NCBI GenBank assembly: GCA_964448995.1
Contig: CAYUYI010000001.1
Coordinates: forward strand, 1 to 32,399
DNA length: 32,399 nt
Direction of reading: 5' to 3'
From: an uncultured Propionivibrio sp.
GTDB lineage: Bacteria > Pseudomonadota > Gammaproteobacteria > Burkholderiales > Rhodocyclaceae
Positions 8,980 through 20,947 of this stretch are shown piece by piece. Each line of letters begins with the position of its first letter. Positions within the stretch are counted from its first letter, which is position 1. The position numbers and the translations under genes were made by a program. Below the pieces are notes generated by a model. That model worked only from the letters and a program-made list of their open reading frames with translations, was not told the DNA's origin and ran no database searches.

Positions 8980-9837
8980 TCAGTAGCGCCCGGTTCCGGC
9001 CATTTCGCGCAGGCGATCGACCCGCTCCTCGGTCGATGGGTGCGTGCTGAACAAACCGGCGATGCCCCCGCCCGACAATGGATTCATGATCATCATCTGC
9101 GCCGTGGCCGGATGCGCTTCGGCGGTCGGCATTGGTATACCGCGCGCATAGGCATCGATCTTGGTCAGCGCATCCGCCAGAGCATCCGGATCACCGCTGA
9201 TTGCAGCACCGCCCCGGTCAGCTTCGAATTCACGGGCGCGCGAGATGGCCATTTGAATTAGCGTTGCCGCCAACGGCGCCAGCAGCGCTACCAGCAGGCT
9301 GGCGATCGGGTTGGCCGGACGGCCGTCTTCGTCGCGACCACCAAAGAACATGGCGAAATTGGCCAACGAGGAAATCGCGCCGGCCATCGTCGCCGAGATG
9401 GTCGAAATCAGAATGTCACGATGTTGAACATGGGCCAGTTCATGTGCCATGACGCCACGCAGTTCGCGCGCAGAAAGAAGATGCAGGATGCCAGTTGTGG
9501 CGGCAACGGCAGCATGCTCGGGGTTACGCCCCGTTGCAAAGGCATTTGGTTGTGCCTCATCGATCAAATACACACGCGGCATGGGCAGGCCAGCGCGTTG
9601 TGACAGATCTCGTACCATGGCATAAAACTGCGGCGCCGAGGCTTCGTCCACCTCTTGCGCGTTATACATGCGCAAGACCATCTTGTCGGAAAACCAGTAG
9701 GCGAAAACGTTCATCACGCCCCCGAAAAGCAACGCCATGATCATTCCCGAAGCACCACCGAGATACGATCCGATCAGGCCAAACAGCGCCATGATTGCGG
9801 CCATCAACAGGGAGGTTTTGAGCCAGTTGCCAAACAT
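8980..9837 (-). CDS. htpX: Zinc metalloprotease HtpX (M48)
   Basis: [27 protein letters not shown]; AGGAG RBS. Confidence 0.96.
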   Translation of the reverse strand: MFGNWLKTSLLMAAIMALFGLIGSYLGGASGMIMALLFGGVMNVFAYWFSDKMVLRMYNAQEVDEASAPQFYAMVRDLSQRAGLPMPRVYLIDEAQPNAFATGRNPEHAAVAATTGILHLLSARELRGVMAHELAHVQHRDILISTISATMAGAISSLANFAMFFGGRDEDGRPANPIASLLVALLAPLAATLIQMAISRAREFEADRGGAAISGDPDALADALTKIDAYARGIPMPTAEAHPATAQMMIMNPLSGGGIAGLFSTHPSTEERVDRLREMAGTGRY

Positions 9838-9886
9838 TGCGGTGATCTCCTTGGGTTCAGGCGGCTATTACTGCCGCACGCTCCCT

Positions 9887-9914
9887 AGATGGGGGTCGAG
9901 AGAAGAGGTTCAAG
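9887..9914 (-). promoter_or_regulatory. Sigma32 (RpoH) heat-shock promoter for htpX
   Basis: Minus strand CTTGAA (9914-9909), 14 nt spacer, CCCCATCT (9894-9887); matches the RpoH consensus. htpX is an established heat-shock gene. Confidence 0.85.
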
Positions 9915-10833
9915 AGGGGAGAGAAAACACCGACCCGACAGCGATCGGCGTGCCAGCCAGGAATTGCCCGGCCACCAGGCGTTTCCCCCCGGCTTTCTGC
10001 AACTCGCAGAGGCGCAAGGCGCCTTCTCCGCAAGCGACGACGATGCCATCCTTGTTCGCCGAGAGCACTGTTCCAGGCACGCCACCATTGGCGTCGGGAA
10101 CAGCCTTCCAGATTTTCATCGACGTGCCATCAAGATAGGCCAGTGTGCCAGGAAACGGATTGAATGCACGCACCTGCCGACTGAGTTGTAGCGCGGGGAG
10201 GCGCCAATCGAGCATTGATTCGGCTTTGTCAATTTTGGCTGCGTAAGTTACGCCATCGCTCGGCTGTGGGCAGGGCGTGAGCGGCAGATTGCGGAGCGCG
10301 TCTACGATCAATCGCGCACCCAACTCCGCCAGTCTGTCGTGCAGACTGGCGGCCGTGTCGCCTTCGGTAATCGGCAGCGCTTCCCGAAGCAACACGGGTC
10401 CGGTATCGAGCCCAGCCTCCATCTGCATGATGCACACACCAGTTTCGGTATCGCCCGCCTGAATCGCCCGCTGGATCGGCGCTGCGCCCCGCCAGCGCGG
10501 CAACAGAGAGGCATGGATGTTGATGCAACCGTGGCGCGGCAGATCGAGCACCGTCTGGGGCAAAATCAACCCGTATGCAGCGACCACCATGGCATCCGCT
10601 CCAACGGCTGCCAACCGCGCCTGCGCGGCCGGATCACGGAGCGTCGGCGGCTGGAACACTTCGATGCCGTGTTCGCAAGCCACTTGTTTGACCGCCGATG
10701 GCTGTAGCACCATGCCACGTCCAGCGGGGCGGTCCGGCTGAGTAAGCACTAGCACCACTTGGTTTTCCGTAGACAGGATGGCGCGCAGGGACTGTGCCGC
10801 GAATTCCGGCGTTCCGGCAAATATTAGCTTCAT
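9910..10833 (-). CDS. fmt: Methionyl-tRNA formyltransferase
   Basis: [38 protein letters not shown]; 4-nt overlap with def. Confidence 0.98.
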   Translation of the reverse strand: MKLIFAGTPEFAAQSLRAILSTENQVVLVLTQPDRPAGRGMVLQPSAVKQVACEHGIEVFQPPTLRDPAAQARLAAVGADAMVVAAYGLILPQTVLDLPRHGCINIHASLLPRWRGAAPIQRAIQAGDTETGVCIMQMEAGLDTGPVLLREALPITEGDTAASLHDRLAELGARLIVDALRNLPLTPCPQPSDGVTYAAKIDKAESMLDWRLPALQLSRQVRAFNPFPGTLAYLDGTSMKIWKAVPDANGGVPGTVLSANKDGIVVACGEGALRLCELQKAGGKRLVAGQFLAGTPIAVGSVFSLPS

Positions 10834-11333
10834 GCGGTAATCCGGGCCTGCTTGACCAGTTTGTTCTTGATGCGCATCTGCTTGAGCGGCGAAAGGTGTT
10901 CGACAAAGACCTTGCCCTGAAGATGATCCATTTCATGCTGCAAGCACACCGCGAGCAGTCCTTCGGCTTCGATCGTCTGCACATTGCCGTCCAGATCAAG
11001 ATAACGCACAACGACCCGTTCGGCGCGCTCAACCTTGTCGTAGATGCCGGGGACTGACAAACAACCTTCTTCCCCGACCTGTTCGCCTTCGCTGGCAATC
11101 AGTTCCGGATTGATCACGACCAGCAATTGATCGCGTGTTTCGGAAATATCGATGACGATCACGCGCCGATGGACGTCGACCTGAGTCGCCGCCAAACCGA
11201 TTCCCGGCGCCTCGTACATCGTCTCCGCCATGTCATGCGCCAAACGCCGGACTTCGTCATCCACGTTATCCACAGGCAAAGCCACCTTTTTGAGACGCGG
11301 GTCAGGGAAACGAAGAATCGGTAGAAGGGCCAT
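10830..11333 (-). CDS. def: Peptide deformylase
   Basis: [20 protein letters not shown]. Confidence 0.98.
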   Translation of the reverse strand: MALLPILRFPDPRLKKVALPVDNVDDEVRRLAHDMAETMYEAPGIGLAATQVDVHRRVIVIDISETRDQLLVVINPELIASEGEQVGEEGCLSVPGIYDKVERAERVVVRYLDLDGNVQTIEAEGLLAVCLQHEMDHLQGKVFVEHLSPLKQMRIKNKLVKQARITA

Positions 11334-11341
11334 AAAAAAAC

Positions 11342-11370
11342 TTGATTGAATAAGTAATTACGTGCAGAAT
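11342..11370 (+). promoter_or_regulatory. Putative sigma70 promoter for lysM-dprA
   Basis: TTGATT-N17-CAGAAT in the AT-rich divergent spacer. Confidence 0.45.
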
Positions 11371-11508
11371 CTAATGGAATATCTTGAGAAACGGCGCTAA
11401 CCCAAACGGTACCGGCGCTTTCAATCCTTCGTAGATCTCCGACAACGCCGAGATCGAAGACGGTACCAGGTACGGATCTTGTCGCTTGCTTCGCATGAGG
11501 ATACCACG

Positions 11509-12528
11509 ATGAAACGCATTATATCCGCGCTCCTTCTGGCCGCGTCGGTTGCTCTCTGTTCCGCACAGGAGCAACCGCTTCGACTCTCCGATTCAGCACC
11601 AGACCGTCACGTTGTCGTGCCGGGGGACACGCTGTGGAGCATTTCGACACGATTTCTAAAAGAACCTTGGCGCTGGCCAGAAATCTGGCGGATGAACAAA
11701 GAGCAGATCCGCAATCCCAACCGAATCTATCCTGGCGATGTCATTGTTCTGGATCGCGACGCCAACGGGAATCCGTTCCTGCGCATGCAATCAGTTAAAT
11801 TACAACCACAGATTTACGCGACACAAAACGACCAGGCAATCCCACCCATTCCGACCAATGTCATCGAACCGTTCATCGCCGCGCCTCTCGTGGTTGAGAT
11901 CAACGGCCTCGATAGCGCTTCAAAAATAGTCGCGACACAACAAGATCGGGTCTTTCTCGGTAACGGCGATCTGGCCTATGTCGATAACGCCGATCCCGAC
12001 AAAGTACTCTGGGAGGTCTATCGAAACGGGCGACCATTGGTCGACCCGGAAGATCCCAAATTGATCCTGGGTTATGAAGCTTTCCATCTAGGTACCGCGA
12101 AGCAGATGCGGCCCGGCGCCCCTGCGACTTTTGAAATTCGGACAGTCAAGCACGAGATCGAGCGTGGTGACCGCCTCGTACCCGCTAATCGTCCGCAATT
12201 GGTCGACTATGTTCCCCATCGGCCAGACTCACTGATCGATGGCCGCGTGATCTCAATTTATGGCGGTGTCGGCTCGGCCGGCCAGGGCTCGATCGTTTCT
12301 TTTAATCGCGGCACCAAAGATGGCCTGGAAATTGGGCATGTCTTGGCTCTGGAGCGCAATCGTACGGTCGTCGGGCGTGACGAGAAAGACGAGAAGGTCA
12401 GTATTCAAATTCCGTCTGAACGTATTGGTCTGGTTTTGGTTTTCCGTACCTTCGATCGGATCGCCTACGCCCTGGTGCTGAAGTCAGAGGGCACCGTAAA
12501 CGTCAACGATTTCGTCCGTACGCCATAG
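11509..12528 (+). CDS. LysM peptidoglycan-binding protein (TsaP-like)
   Basis: Signal peptide, LysM (HVVVPGDTLWSIS..WPEIW..NPNRIYPGD), GAGGA RBS before ATG 11509; conserved position between def and dprA. Confidence 0.88.
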   Translation: MKRIISALLLAASVALCSAQEQPLRLSDSAPDRHVVVPGDTLWSISTRFLKEPWRWPEIWRMNKEQIRNPNRIYPGDVIVLDRDANGNPFLRMQSVKLQPQIYATQNDQAIPPIPTNVIEPFIAAPLVVEINGLDSASKIVATQQDRVFLGNGDLAYVDNADPDKVLWEVYRNGRPLVDPEDPKLILGYEAFHLGTAKQMRPGAPATFEIRTVKHEIERGDRLVPANRPQLVDYVPHRPDSLIDGRVISIYGGVGSAGQGSIVSFNRGTKDGLEIGHVLALERNRTVVGRDEKDEKVSIQIPSERIGLVLVFRTFDRIAYALVLKSEGTVNVNDFVRTP

Positions 12529-12531
12529 ATA

Positions 12532-13617
12532 ATGCAGGGGCACGCCACGCTTGCAAATTGGCTGCGCCTGACATTGACGCCGGGAATCGGCGGCGAAACG
12601 CAACGCAAGCTGCTGGGCGCCTTTGGTTTACCTGATCTCATTTTCTCCGCTGGGCGTGGCGCACTTCGAGGTGTCGTCGGTGACCGGTTAGCCGATCTCC
12701 TGCTTGACACTGATAACCGCGCCGCAGTTGATGGCGCCCTCGCGTGGGCCGAGGATCAAGGGCATGAAATTGTCACCCTTGGGGATACAGCGTATCCAAC
12801 TGCGTTGCTTGAAATCCCGGATCCACCAACCTTAATCTATGTGCGTGGCCGTATTGAACTGCTGCAAAGACCGGCACTCGCCATTGTCGGCAGCCGTAAC
12901 CCGACGCCACAGGGCATTCGGAATGCGGAGAGTTTTGCCGCGGCGCTGGCAGAGGCCGGACTCATCGTTACCAGTGGCCTGGCGCTCGGCATCGACGCCG
13001 CAGCCCATCGTGCCGCACTTGACGTAAGCGGTGGCACAGTCGCTTTTATCGGCACAGGTATTGACCGCATCTATCCGGCCCGCAATCGAGATCTTGCGCT
13101 CCGAATCAGCGAAGTCGGATGTGTGGTGTCGGAATTTCCCTTGGGAACACCCGCCGCTGCACACAATTTCCCCCGCCGTAATCGGCTGATTTCGGGCTTT
13201 TCCCGCGGCGTTCTTGTCGTCGAGGCGGCAGTCGAGAGCGGCTCGCTGATTACGGCGCGGCTCGCGGGAGAACAGGGCCGCGAGGTTTTCGCCATACCCG
13301 GCTCGATTCATGCTGCGCAATCTCGTGGCTGCCACAAATTGATCAGGCAGGGTGCCAAACTCGTTGAAACCGTTCAGGATATTCTCGATGAGCTCTCCTG
13401 GGTTTCGACGGGTAAAACTCCGGTTTCTGTATCCGCAGCCACGCCTGACGATTCGATTCTTGCGTTGATTGGCTTCGATCCATGCAGTCTGGACGATCTC
13501 TCCGAGCGGGCCGGATTGTCGATCGAGGCGCTTTCACCGCGGCTTCTTCAACTGGAGCTGGAAGGCAGATTGGCCAGTCTGCCCGGGGGGCGGATTCAGC
13601 GGCTTTCCAAGGCATGA
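12532..13617 (+). CDS. dprA: DNA-processing protein DprA (Smf)
   Basis: AIVGSR, SGLALGIDAAAH, FPRRNRLISG, SGSLITA, GCHKLIRQGA; C-terminal winged helix. Confidence 0.97.
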   Translation: MQGHATLANWLRLTLTPGIGGETQRKLLGAFGLPDLIFSAGRGALRGVVGDRLADLLLDTDNRAAVDGALAWAEDQGHEIVTLGDTAYPTALLEIPDPPTLIYVRGRIELLQRPALAIVGSRNPTPQGIRNAESFAAALAEAGLIVTSGLALGIDAAAHRAALDVSGGTVAFIGTGIDRIYPARNRDLALRISEVGCVVSEFPLGTPAAAHNFPRRNRLISGFSRGVLVVEAAVESGSLITARLAGEQGREVFAIPGSIHAAQSRGCHKLIRQGAKLVETVQDILDELSWVSTGKTPVSVSAATPDDSILALIGFDPCSLDDLSERAGLSIEALSPRLLQLELEGRLASLPGGRIQRLSKA

Positions 13618-13641
13618 TCGGACGATAGGCGCGCCGTGCGC

Positions 13642-13671
13642 TTGCCAAGCGCGACAATCCGCTCTTATTAT
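13642..13671 (+). promoter_or_regulatory. Putative sigma70 promoter for the topoisomerase gene
   Basis: TTGCCA-N18-TATTAT in the dprA-top spacer. Confidence 0.45.
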
Positions 13672-13736
13672 GCACGGCAGAGTGGCACACCACAAAATGC
13701 CTTAATCATATTTCTCTTCGCGGACGCCCCGATTTC

Positions 13737-16295
13737 ATGAGCAAAAAGCTGATCATTGCCGAAAAACCATCCGTTGCAAATGACATTGCACGGGCATTGG
13801 GTGGGTTCACCAAGCACGACGATTATTTCGAGAGTGAGGAAGCGGTGCTCTGCTCGGCGATTGGACACTTGGTCGAACTGGTCTGCCCGGAGCAGTATGA
13901 GGTCAAGCGCGGGAAGTGGTCATTCGCCCATCTGCCAGTCATCCCACCGCATTTCGATCTCAAGCCAATTGAAAAAACGGAATCGCGACTCAAACTTCTG
14001 GCTCGACTGATTAAGCGGAAGGATGTTACGAGCTTGGTCAATGCCTGTGACGCCGGACGTGAAGGCGAGTTGATCTTCAATTACATCGTTCAGCACAGCA
14101 AATCTGGCAAACCGGTTGAGCGCCTTTGGTTGCAGTCAATGACCCAACAGGCCATTCGTGACGGATTTTTGCACTTGCGCCCCGGCGCCGAGATGTCTGG
14201 GCTGGGCGACGCTGCGGTATGTCGTTCCGAAGCAGACTGGTTGGTCGGAATCAACGGGACGCGGGCGATGACCGCGTTCAATTCCAAGACCGGAGGGTTT
14301 CACCTGACCACGGTCGGACGTGTGCAAACACCAACGCTGGCGCTGATGGTTGATCGTGAGGATCGGATTCGTAAATTTACGGCGCGCCCCTATTGGGAGG
14401 TGGAAGCGACGTTTGGCTGTGCCGCCGGGGAATACCACGGGAAATGGTTCGATGAGCAATTCAAGGGCAAGGCTGAAGACGAACACGCGCGAGCGGATCG
14501 CGTGTGGGATGAGGCGCGCGCGATCACACTGCAGAAGAAGTGCCAGGGTAAGACTGGAATTGTCACTGAAGAGGCCAAACCCTCCACTCAGCTTTCCCCT
14601 TTGCTTTACGATCTCACCAGTCTGCAACGAGACGCCAACAGCCGTTTCGGATTTTCGGCCAAATCGACACTCGGCCTGGCGCAGGCCTTATATGAAAAGC
14701 ACAAGGTACTGACTTATCCGCGTACGGATGCCCGCGCGCTCCCCGAAGACTATCTGGGTACGGTCAAGAGTACGCTCACCATGTTGACCGGCGAAGGCTC
14801 CGGAAAGGGGCATGACGAGGCACTGATCGCCCGCTATTCTCCGTTTGCGCATCAGATTCTGGCACGTCATTGGGTTTTGCCGAACAAGCGCATTTTTAAT
14901 AACGCGAAGATTTCCGATCACTTCGCCATCATTCCGACCTTACAGGCGCCGAAGCATCTGTCTGAACCAGAGCAGAAACTTTACGATCTTGTCGTCAAGC
15001 GCTTCCTTGCAGTTTTTTACCCCGCGGCTGAGTATCTCTTAACCACCCGCATCACTCGCGTCGAGGATGAACCGTTCAAGACTGAGGGCAAGGTTCTGGT
15101 CAATCCGGGCTGGCTCGCCGTATATGGGCGAGAGAGCCAGGAAGGAGAGGAGGGTAACCTTGTGCCGGTCACCCCACGCGAGTCCGTCGGCGTTGAGGAG
15201 GTTCGGCTTAATGCCAATCAAACCCGTCCGCCTGCCCGCTATTCTGAGGCCACCTTGCTTTCGGCAATGGAGGGCGCCGGAAAAATGGTCGACGATGAGG
15301 AATTGAAGGCCGCCATGGCAGGGCGAGGACTCGGCACACCTGCCACACGAGCGCAGATCATTGAAAACCTGCTCGTTGAACAGTATATCCATCGCGAGGG
15401 TAGGGAACTTCAACCCACTGCAAAGGCTTTCTCTTTAATGACTTTGCTGAATGGTTTAGGCATCCCAGAGCTCACTGCACCTGAGCTCACTGGTGAGTGG
15501 GAATACAAGCTCGCACGCATGGAACGCGGCGAGATGTCTCGCAGCGCATTCATGAAAGAAATTGCGGCAATGACTGAACTGATCGTTGAGCGCGCGAAGA
15601 CTTTCGATAGCGATACGATTCCAGGAGATTTTGGTGAATTGCACACGCCTTGTCCAAAGTGCGGCGGCTTGATCAAGGAAACGTATAAGAAGTTTCAATG
15701 TCAATCTTGCGATTTTTCGTTGTGGAAGATTGTTGCGGGGCGACAATTCGAACCCCAAGAAATCGAGTCGCTGCTGTCGCAGCGAGTCATCGGACCCCTA
15801 ACCGGTTTTCGCAACAAGATGGGGCGTCCATTCAACGCCATCATCCGCTTAAACGCCGATAATTCGCCCGAATTCGATTTTGGTCAAGGAAGCGGGGGAG
15901 ACGGTAACGTCACTGAAGAAGTCGATTTTTCTGGTCAAGAGAGCTTGGGCACGTGTCCAAAATGTGATTCACGTGTATTTGAGCACGGTTTGTCCTACGT
16001 CTGCGAGAAGTCGGTTGGTCCGAACAAAAGCTGTGATTTTCGTTCAGGAAAAGTCATCTTGCAGCAACCGGTTGAAGCGGAGCAAATGCGCAAACTGTTG
16101 ACGACGGGGCGAACCGATCTTCTCAAGGATTTCGTTTCTGCGCGCACTCGTCGAAAATTTTCGGCATTTTTGGTTCGTGGTAGTGATGGCAAGGTTGGGT
16201 TTGAGTTCGAAAAACGCGCGCCGAAAGCAAAGGATTCTGCGAAGTCATCCGCGAGCGCGCCGGTTAAGGGGCGAAAAAAAGCCACGGGTCAGTAG
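13737..16295 (+). CDS. topB: Type IA DNA topoisomerase, topoisomerase III type with C-terminal Cys repeats
   Basis: IAEKPSVA, NACDAGREGE, DWLVGINGTRA, GRVQTPTL, catalytic TYPRTD, GLGTPATRA; two CPKC-containing C-terminal modules. Confidence 0.88.
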   Translation: MSKKLIIAEKPSVANDIARALGGFTKHDDYFESEEAVLCSAIGHLVELVCPEQYEVKRGKWSFAHLPVIPPHFDLKPIEKTESRLKLLARLIKRKDVTSLVNACDAGREGELIFNYIVQHSKSGKPVERLWLQSMTQQAIRDGFLHLRPGAEMSGLGDAAVCRSEADWLVGINGTRAMTAFNSKTGGFHLTTVGRVQTPTLALMVDREDRIRKFTARPYWEVEATFGCAAGEYHGKWFDEQFKGKAEDEHARADRVWDEARAITLQKKCQGKTGIVTEEAKPSTQLSPLLYDLTSLQRDANSRFGFSAKSTLGLAQALYEKHKVLTYPRTDARALPEDYLGTVKSTLTMLTGEGSGKGHDEALIARYSPFAHQILARHWVLPNKRIFNNAKISDHFAIIPTLQAPKHLSEPEQKLYDLVVKRFLAVFYPAAEYLLTTRITRVEDEPFKTEGKVLVNPGWLAVYGRESQEGEEGNLVPVTPRESVGVEEVRLNANQTRPPARYSEATLLSAMEGAGKMVDDEELKAAMAGRGLGTPATRAQIIENLLVEQYIHREGRELQPTAKAFSLMTLLNGLGIPELTAPELTGEWEYKLARMERGEMSRSAFMKEIAAMTELIVERAKTFDSDTIPGDFGELHTPCPKCGGLIKETYKKFQCQSCDFSLWKIVAGRQFEPQEIESLLSQRVIGPLTGFRNKMGRPFNAIIRLNADNSPEFDFGQGSGGDGNVTEEVDFSGQESLGTCPKCDSRVFEHGLSYVCEKSVGPNKSCDFRSGKVILQQPVEAEQMRKLLTTGRTDLLKDFVSARTRRKFSAFLVRGSDGKVGFEFEKRAPKAKDSAKSSASAPVKGRKKATGQ

Positions 16296-16331
16296 GGGTT
16301 CATGCCGGTCATTGCGTTGTTTGGGAGTTCG

Positions 16332-16347
16332 TGTTTCACGTGAAACA
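16332..16347. promoter_or_regulatory. parS centromere site (ParB binding)
   Basis: Perfect palindrome TGTTTCACGTGAAACA, intergenic, about 4.6 kb from oriC. Confidence 0.95.
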
Positions 16348-16521
16348 GTGAAACTGACCTTTTGTGCGAGAGGAATGTGCCTGTATATATAGGCATTGTT
16401 CTTTCCGCATCCCTATGGGTCATCATCGGGAACGAAACGTCAATTAGCTTCTTAGAGGCACGGAACTTTCCCGCCAATACGTTCCTCTTGTACTGACAAT
16501 TTTTCCAACGGTAGCCACTTC

Positions 16522-17241
16522 TCAGCCCACTGCGGGTGGAACCCAACCAAGACTGACTAGTTCAGCATCGTCCAGCCATTGCCAGTGGCCTGGCGCCAGC
16601 GTCGCAGGAATAACCAGCTTTCCAATTGAAATGCGGTCGAGTTGTTCCACTCGGTTACCGCCTGCGGCAATCATGCGTTTGACGAGGTGATATTTTCCTT
16701 CCGTGATCGTCATACGCAGTCGATAGTCATCAATAGCATTGCACGCCGTAGCGAGAATCGGTTCCGGATCGTCATGAAGTATCACGCCGGACAGCAGGCG
16801 TTCGACCAATGAGGAACTTACGGGATAACGGGTTCTGACCTCATAACACTTTTCAATGTGTTTACGAGGAGCGGTGAATGTGTGAATGAACTGCCCATCA
16901 TCGGAAAACAGTAGCAAGCCCGTGGTATCCGCGTCCAAGCGACCCACCGCCTGCACACCCCGCGCAATCAACGGTGCTGGAAGAAGCGAATAGACGCTGG
17001 GATAGTGTGATGGTCGATGTGAACACTCGTATAGCGTCGGCTTGTGAAGCATCAGATATACACGATGCCGATACTGCCACTGGATATCGTCAACCGAAAA
17101 AATCAGCGACTCACACAACACGTCGGATTCGATATCGGTACAGATCTTGTCATTTACCCGCACTCGTCCTTCGCGGATTAGCGAACGGCAGTTGGATCGG
17201 GTACCAAAACCCTGTGTTTGCAGCAAACGATCGAGTTGCAT
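16522..17241 (-). CDS. rsuA: 16S rRNA pseudouridine synthase, RsuA family
   Basis: S4 domain MQLDRLL, VGRLDADTTGLLL, ITEGKYHLVKRM. Start at ATG 17241. Confidence 0.88.
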   Translation of the reverse strand: MQLDRLLQTQGFGTRSNCRSLIREGRVRVNDKICTDIESDVLCESLIFSVDDIQWQYRHRVYLMLHKPTLYECSHRPSHYPSVYSLLPAPLIARGVQAVGRLDADTTGLLLFSDDGQFIHTFTAPRKHIEKCYEVRTRYPVSSSLVERLLSGVILHDDPEPILATACNAIDDYRLRMTITEGKYHLVKRMIAAGGNRVEQLDRISIGKLVIPATLAPGHWQWLDDAELVSLGWVPPAVG

Positions 17242-17253
17242 CCTAGTCGCCCT

Positions 17254-17284
17254 AAAAGAAAAGCCCCGATATGCCGGGGCTTTC
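17254..17284 (-). terminator. Rho-independent terminator after gyrB
   Basis: Minus strand GAAAGCCCCG-GCATAT-CGGGGCTTTT-CTTTT, 19 nt after the gyrB stop. Confidence 0.85.
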
Positions 17285-17303
17285 AATCCACCAAACCGGT
17301 AGA

Positions 17304-19811
<2,508 letters not shown>

Positions 19812-19828
19812 TTAATTGTCCCTACCGA

Positions 19829-20947
19829 TCAGATCCGCATGGGCATCACAACATACTTGAATCGGTCGTTGCCTGGGATCGTAATCAATGCGCTCGAATT
19901 AGCATCATTGAACCCCCACTCGATTGATTCCGACGAATTATTGTTGAGCACATCAAGCAAATAACCGACGTTAAAGCCCACATCAATCGGATCCCCTTCG
20001 AAGCTGACCTCGATTTCTTCCTGCGCTTCTTCCTGCTCCGCATTAGCAGCCATAATCTTAAGAATGCCGCCGGAAAGCACCAAACGAACGCCGCGGAACT
20101 TTTCATTCGTCAGAATAGCGGCACGCACCATCGATTGAAGAAGCATTGCACGATTCAACGACACGACATTTTTCAACGTGGACGGAATCACCCGTTCATA
20201 ATCTGGGAACTTGCCGTCGATCAACTTTGAAACCAAATTCACTTGCCCGAACTGGAATCGAATTTGATTACTGGATAATTCAATGTTCAATGGATCTTCC
20301 GAATCGTCCAACAACCGATTCAACTCAAGCACTGTCTTCCGCGGCAGAATAAACTCCTGCTTCGGTAACTGATTCTCAGCGGCAATGCCGAGATCCATAC
20401 TCGCGAATGCGAGTCGATGACCGTCGGTCGCTACGGCACGCAAATCGCTTCCATCGACCATCAGCAATAATCCGTTCAAATAATAACGAACGTCCTGAGC
20501 CGCCATGGCGAACTGCGTTTGTGCGAGCAAATGCCTGAACTGCTTCTGTGTCACCGTGATTTTGCGTTGATTACCATCTGCCAACGCCATTCTTGGAAAG
20601 TCATCGGCGGGTAGTGTTTGCAGGCTGAACCGGCTCTTTCCAGCACGTACCTGAAGACGCTTTTCATCCAGGTTCAGGCTGACTTCCGTGCCTTCCGGCA
20701 ACGAACGCAGGATATCCTGAAGTTTACGAGCTGCGACGGTTACCGAACCATCGCCATCACCGATTGCTCCGCCGGTGGTTGTCGTAATCTGAATCTCGAT
20801 GTCCGTCGCCAAAAGCGTTAATTGATCGCCGCGCTTTTCCAACAACACGTTGGAAAGAATTGGCAACGTATGTCGCTTCTCAACAATTCCGGACACCGAT
20901 TGCAGTGGCGACAACAGCATGTCACGTTGAGTTTTAATAAGAAGCAT
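19829..20947 (-). CDS. dnaN: DNA polymerase III beta sliding clamp
   Basis: HTLPILSNVLL, QDVRYYLNG, ATDGHRL, GKFPDY, YVVMPMRI. Confidence 0.99.
   Translation of the reverse strand: MLLIKTQRDMLLSPLQSVSGIVEKRHTLPILSNVLLEKRGDQLTLLATDIEIQITTTTGGAIGDGDGSVTVAARKLQDILRSLPEGTEVSLNLDEKRLQVRAGKSRFSLQTLPADDFPRMALADGNQRKITVTQKQFRHLLAQTQFAMAAQDVRYYLNGLLLMVDGSDLRAVATDGHRLAFASMDLGIAAENQLPKQEFILPRKTVLELNRLLDDSEDPLNIELSSNQIRFQFGQVNLVSKLIDGKFPDYERVIPSTLKNVVSLNRAMLLQSMVRAAILTNEKFRGVRLVLSGGILKIMAANAEQEEAQEEIEVSFEGDPIDVGFNVGYLLDVLNNNSSESIEWGFNDANSSALITIPGNDRFKYVVMPMRI

Noticed and set aside
16380-16396. CTGTATATAT as a LexA/SOS box
   Set aside because: It lacks CAG at the CTG-N10-CAG spacing and lies between convergent gene ends.
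16289-16546. 85-aa ORF across the parS spacer
   Set aside because: It overlaps both neighbouring genes, has no recognisable homology and has no clear RBS.
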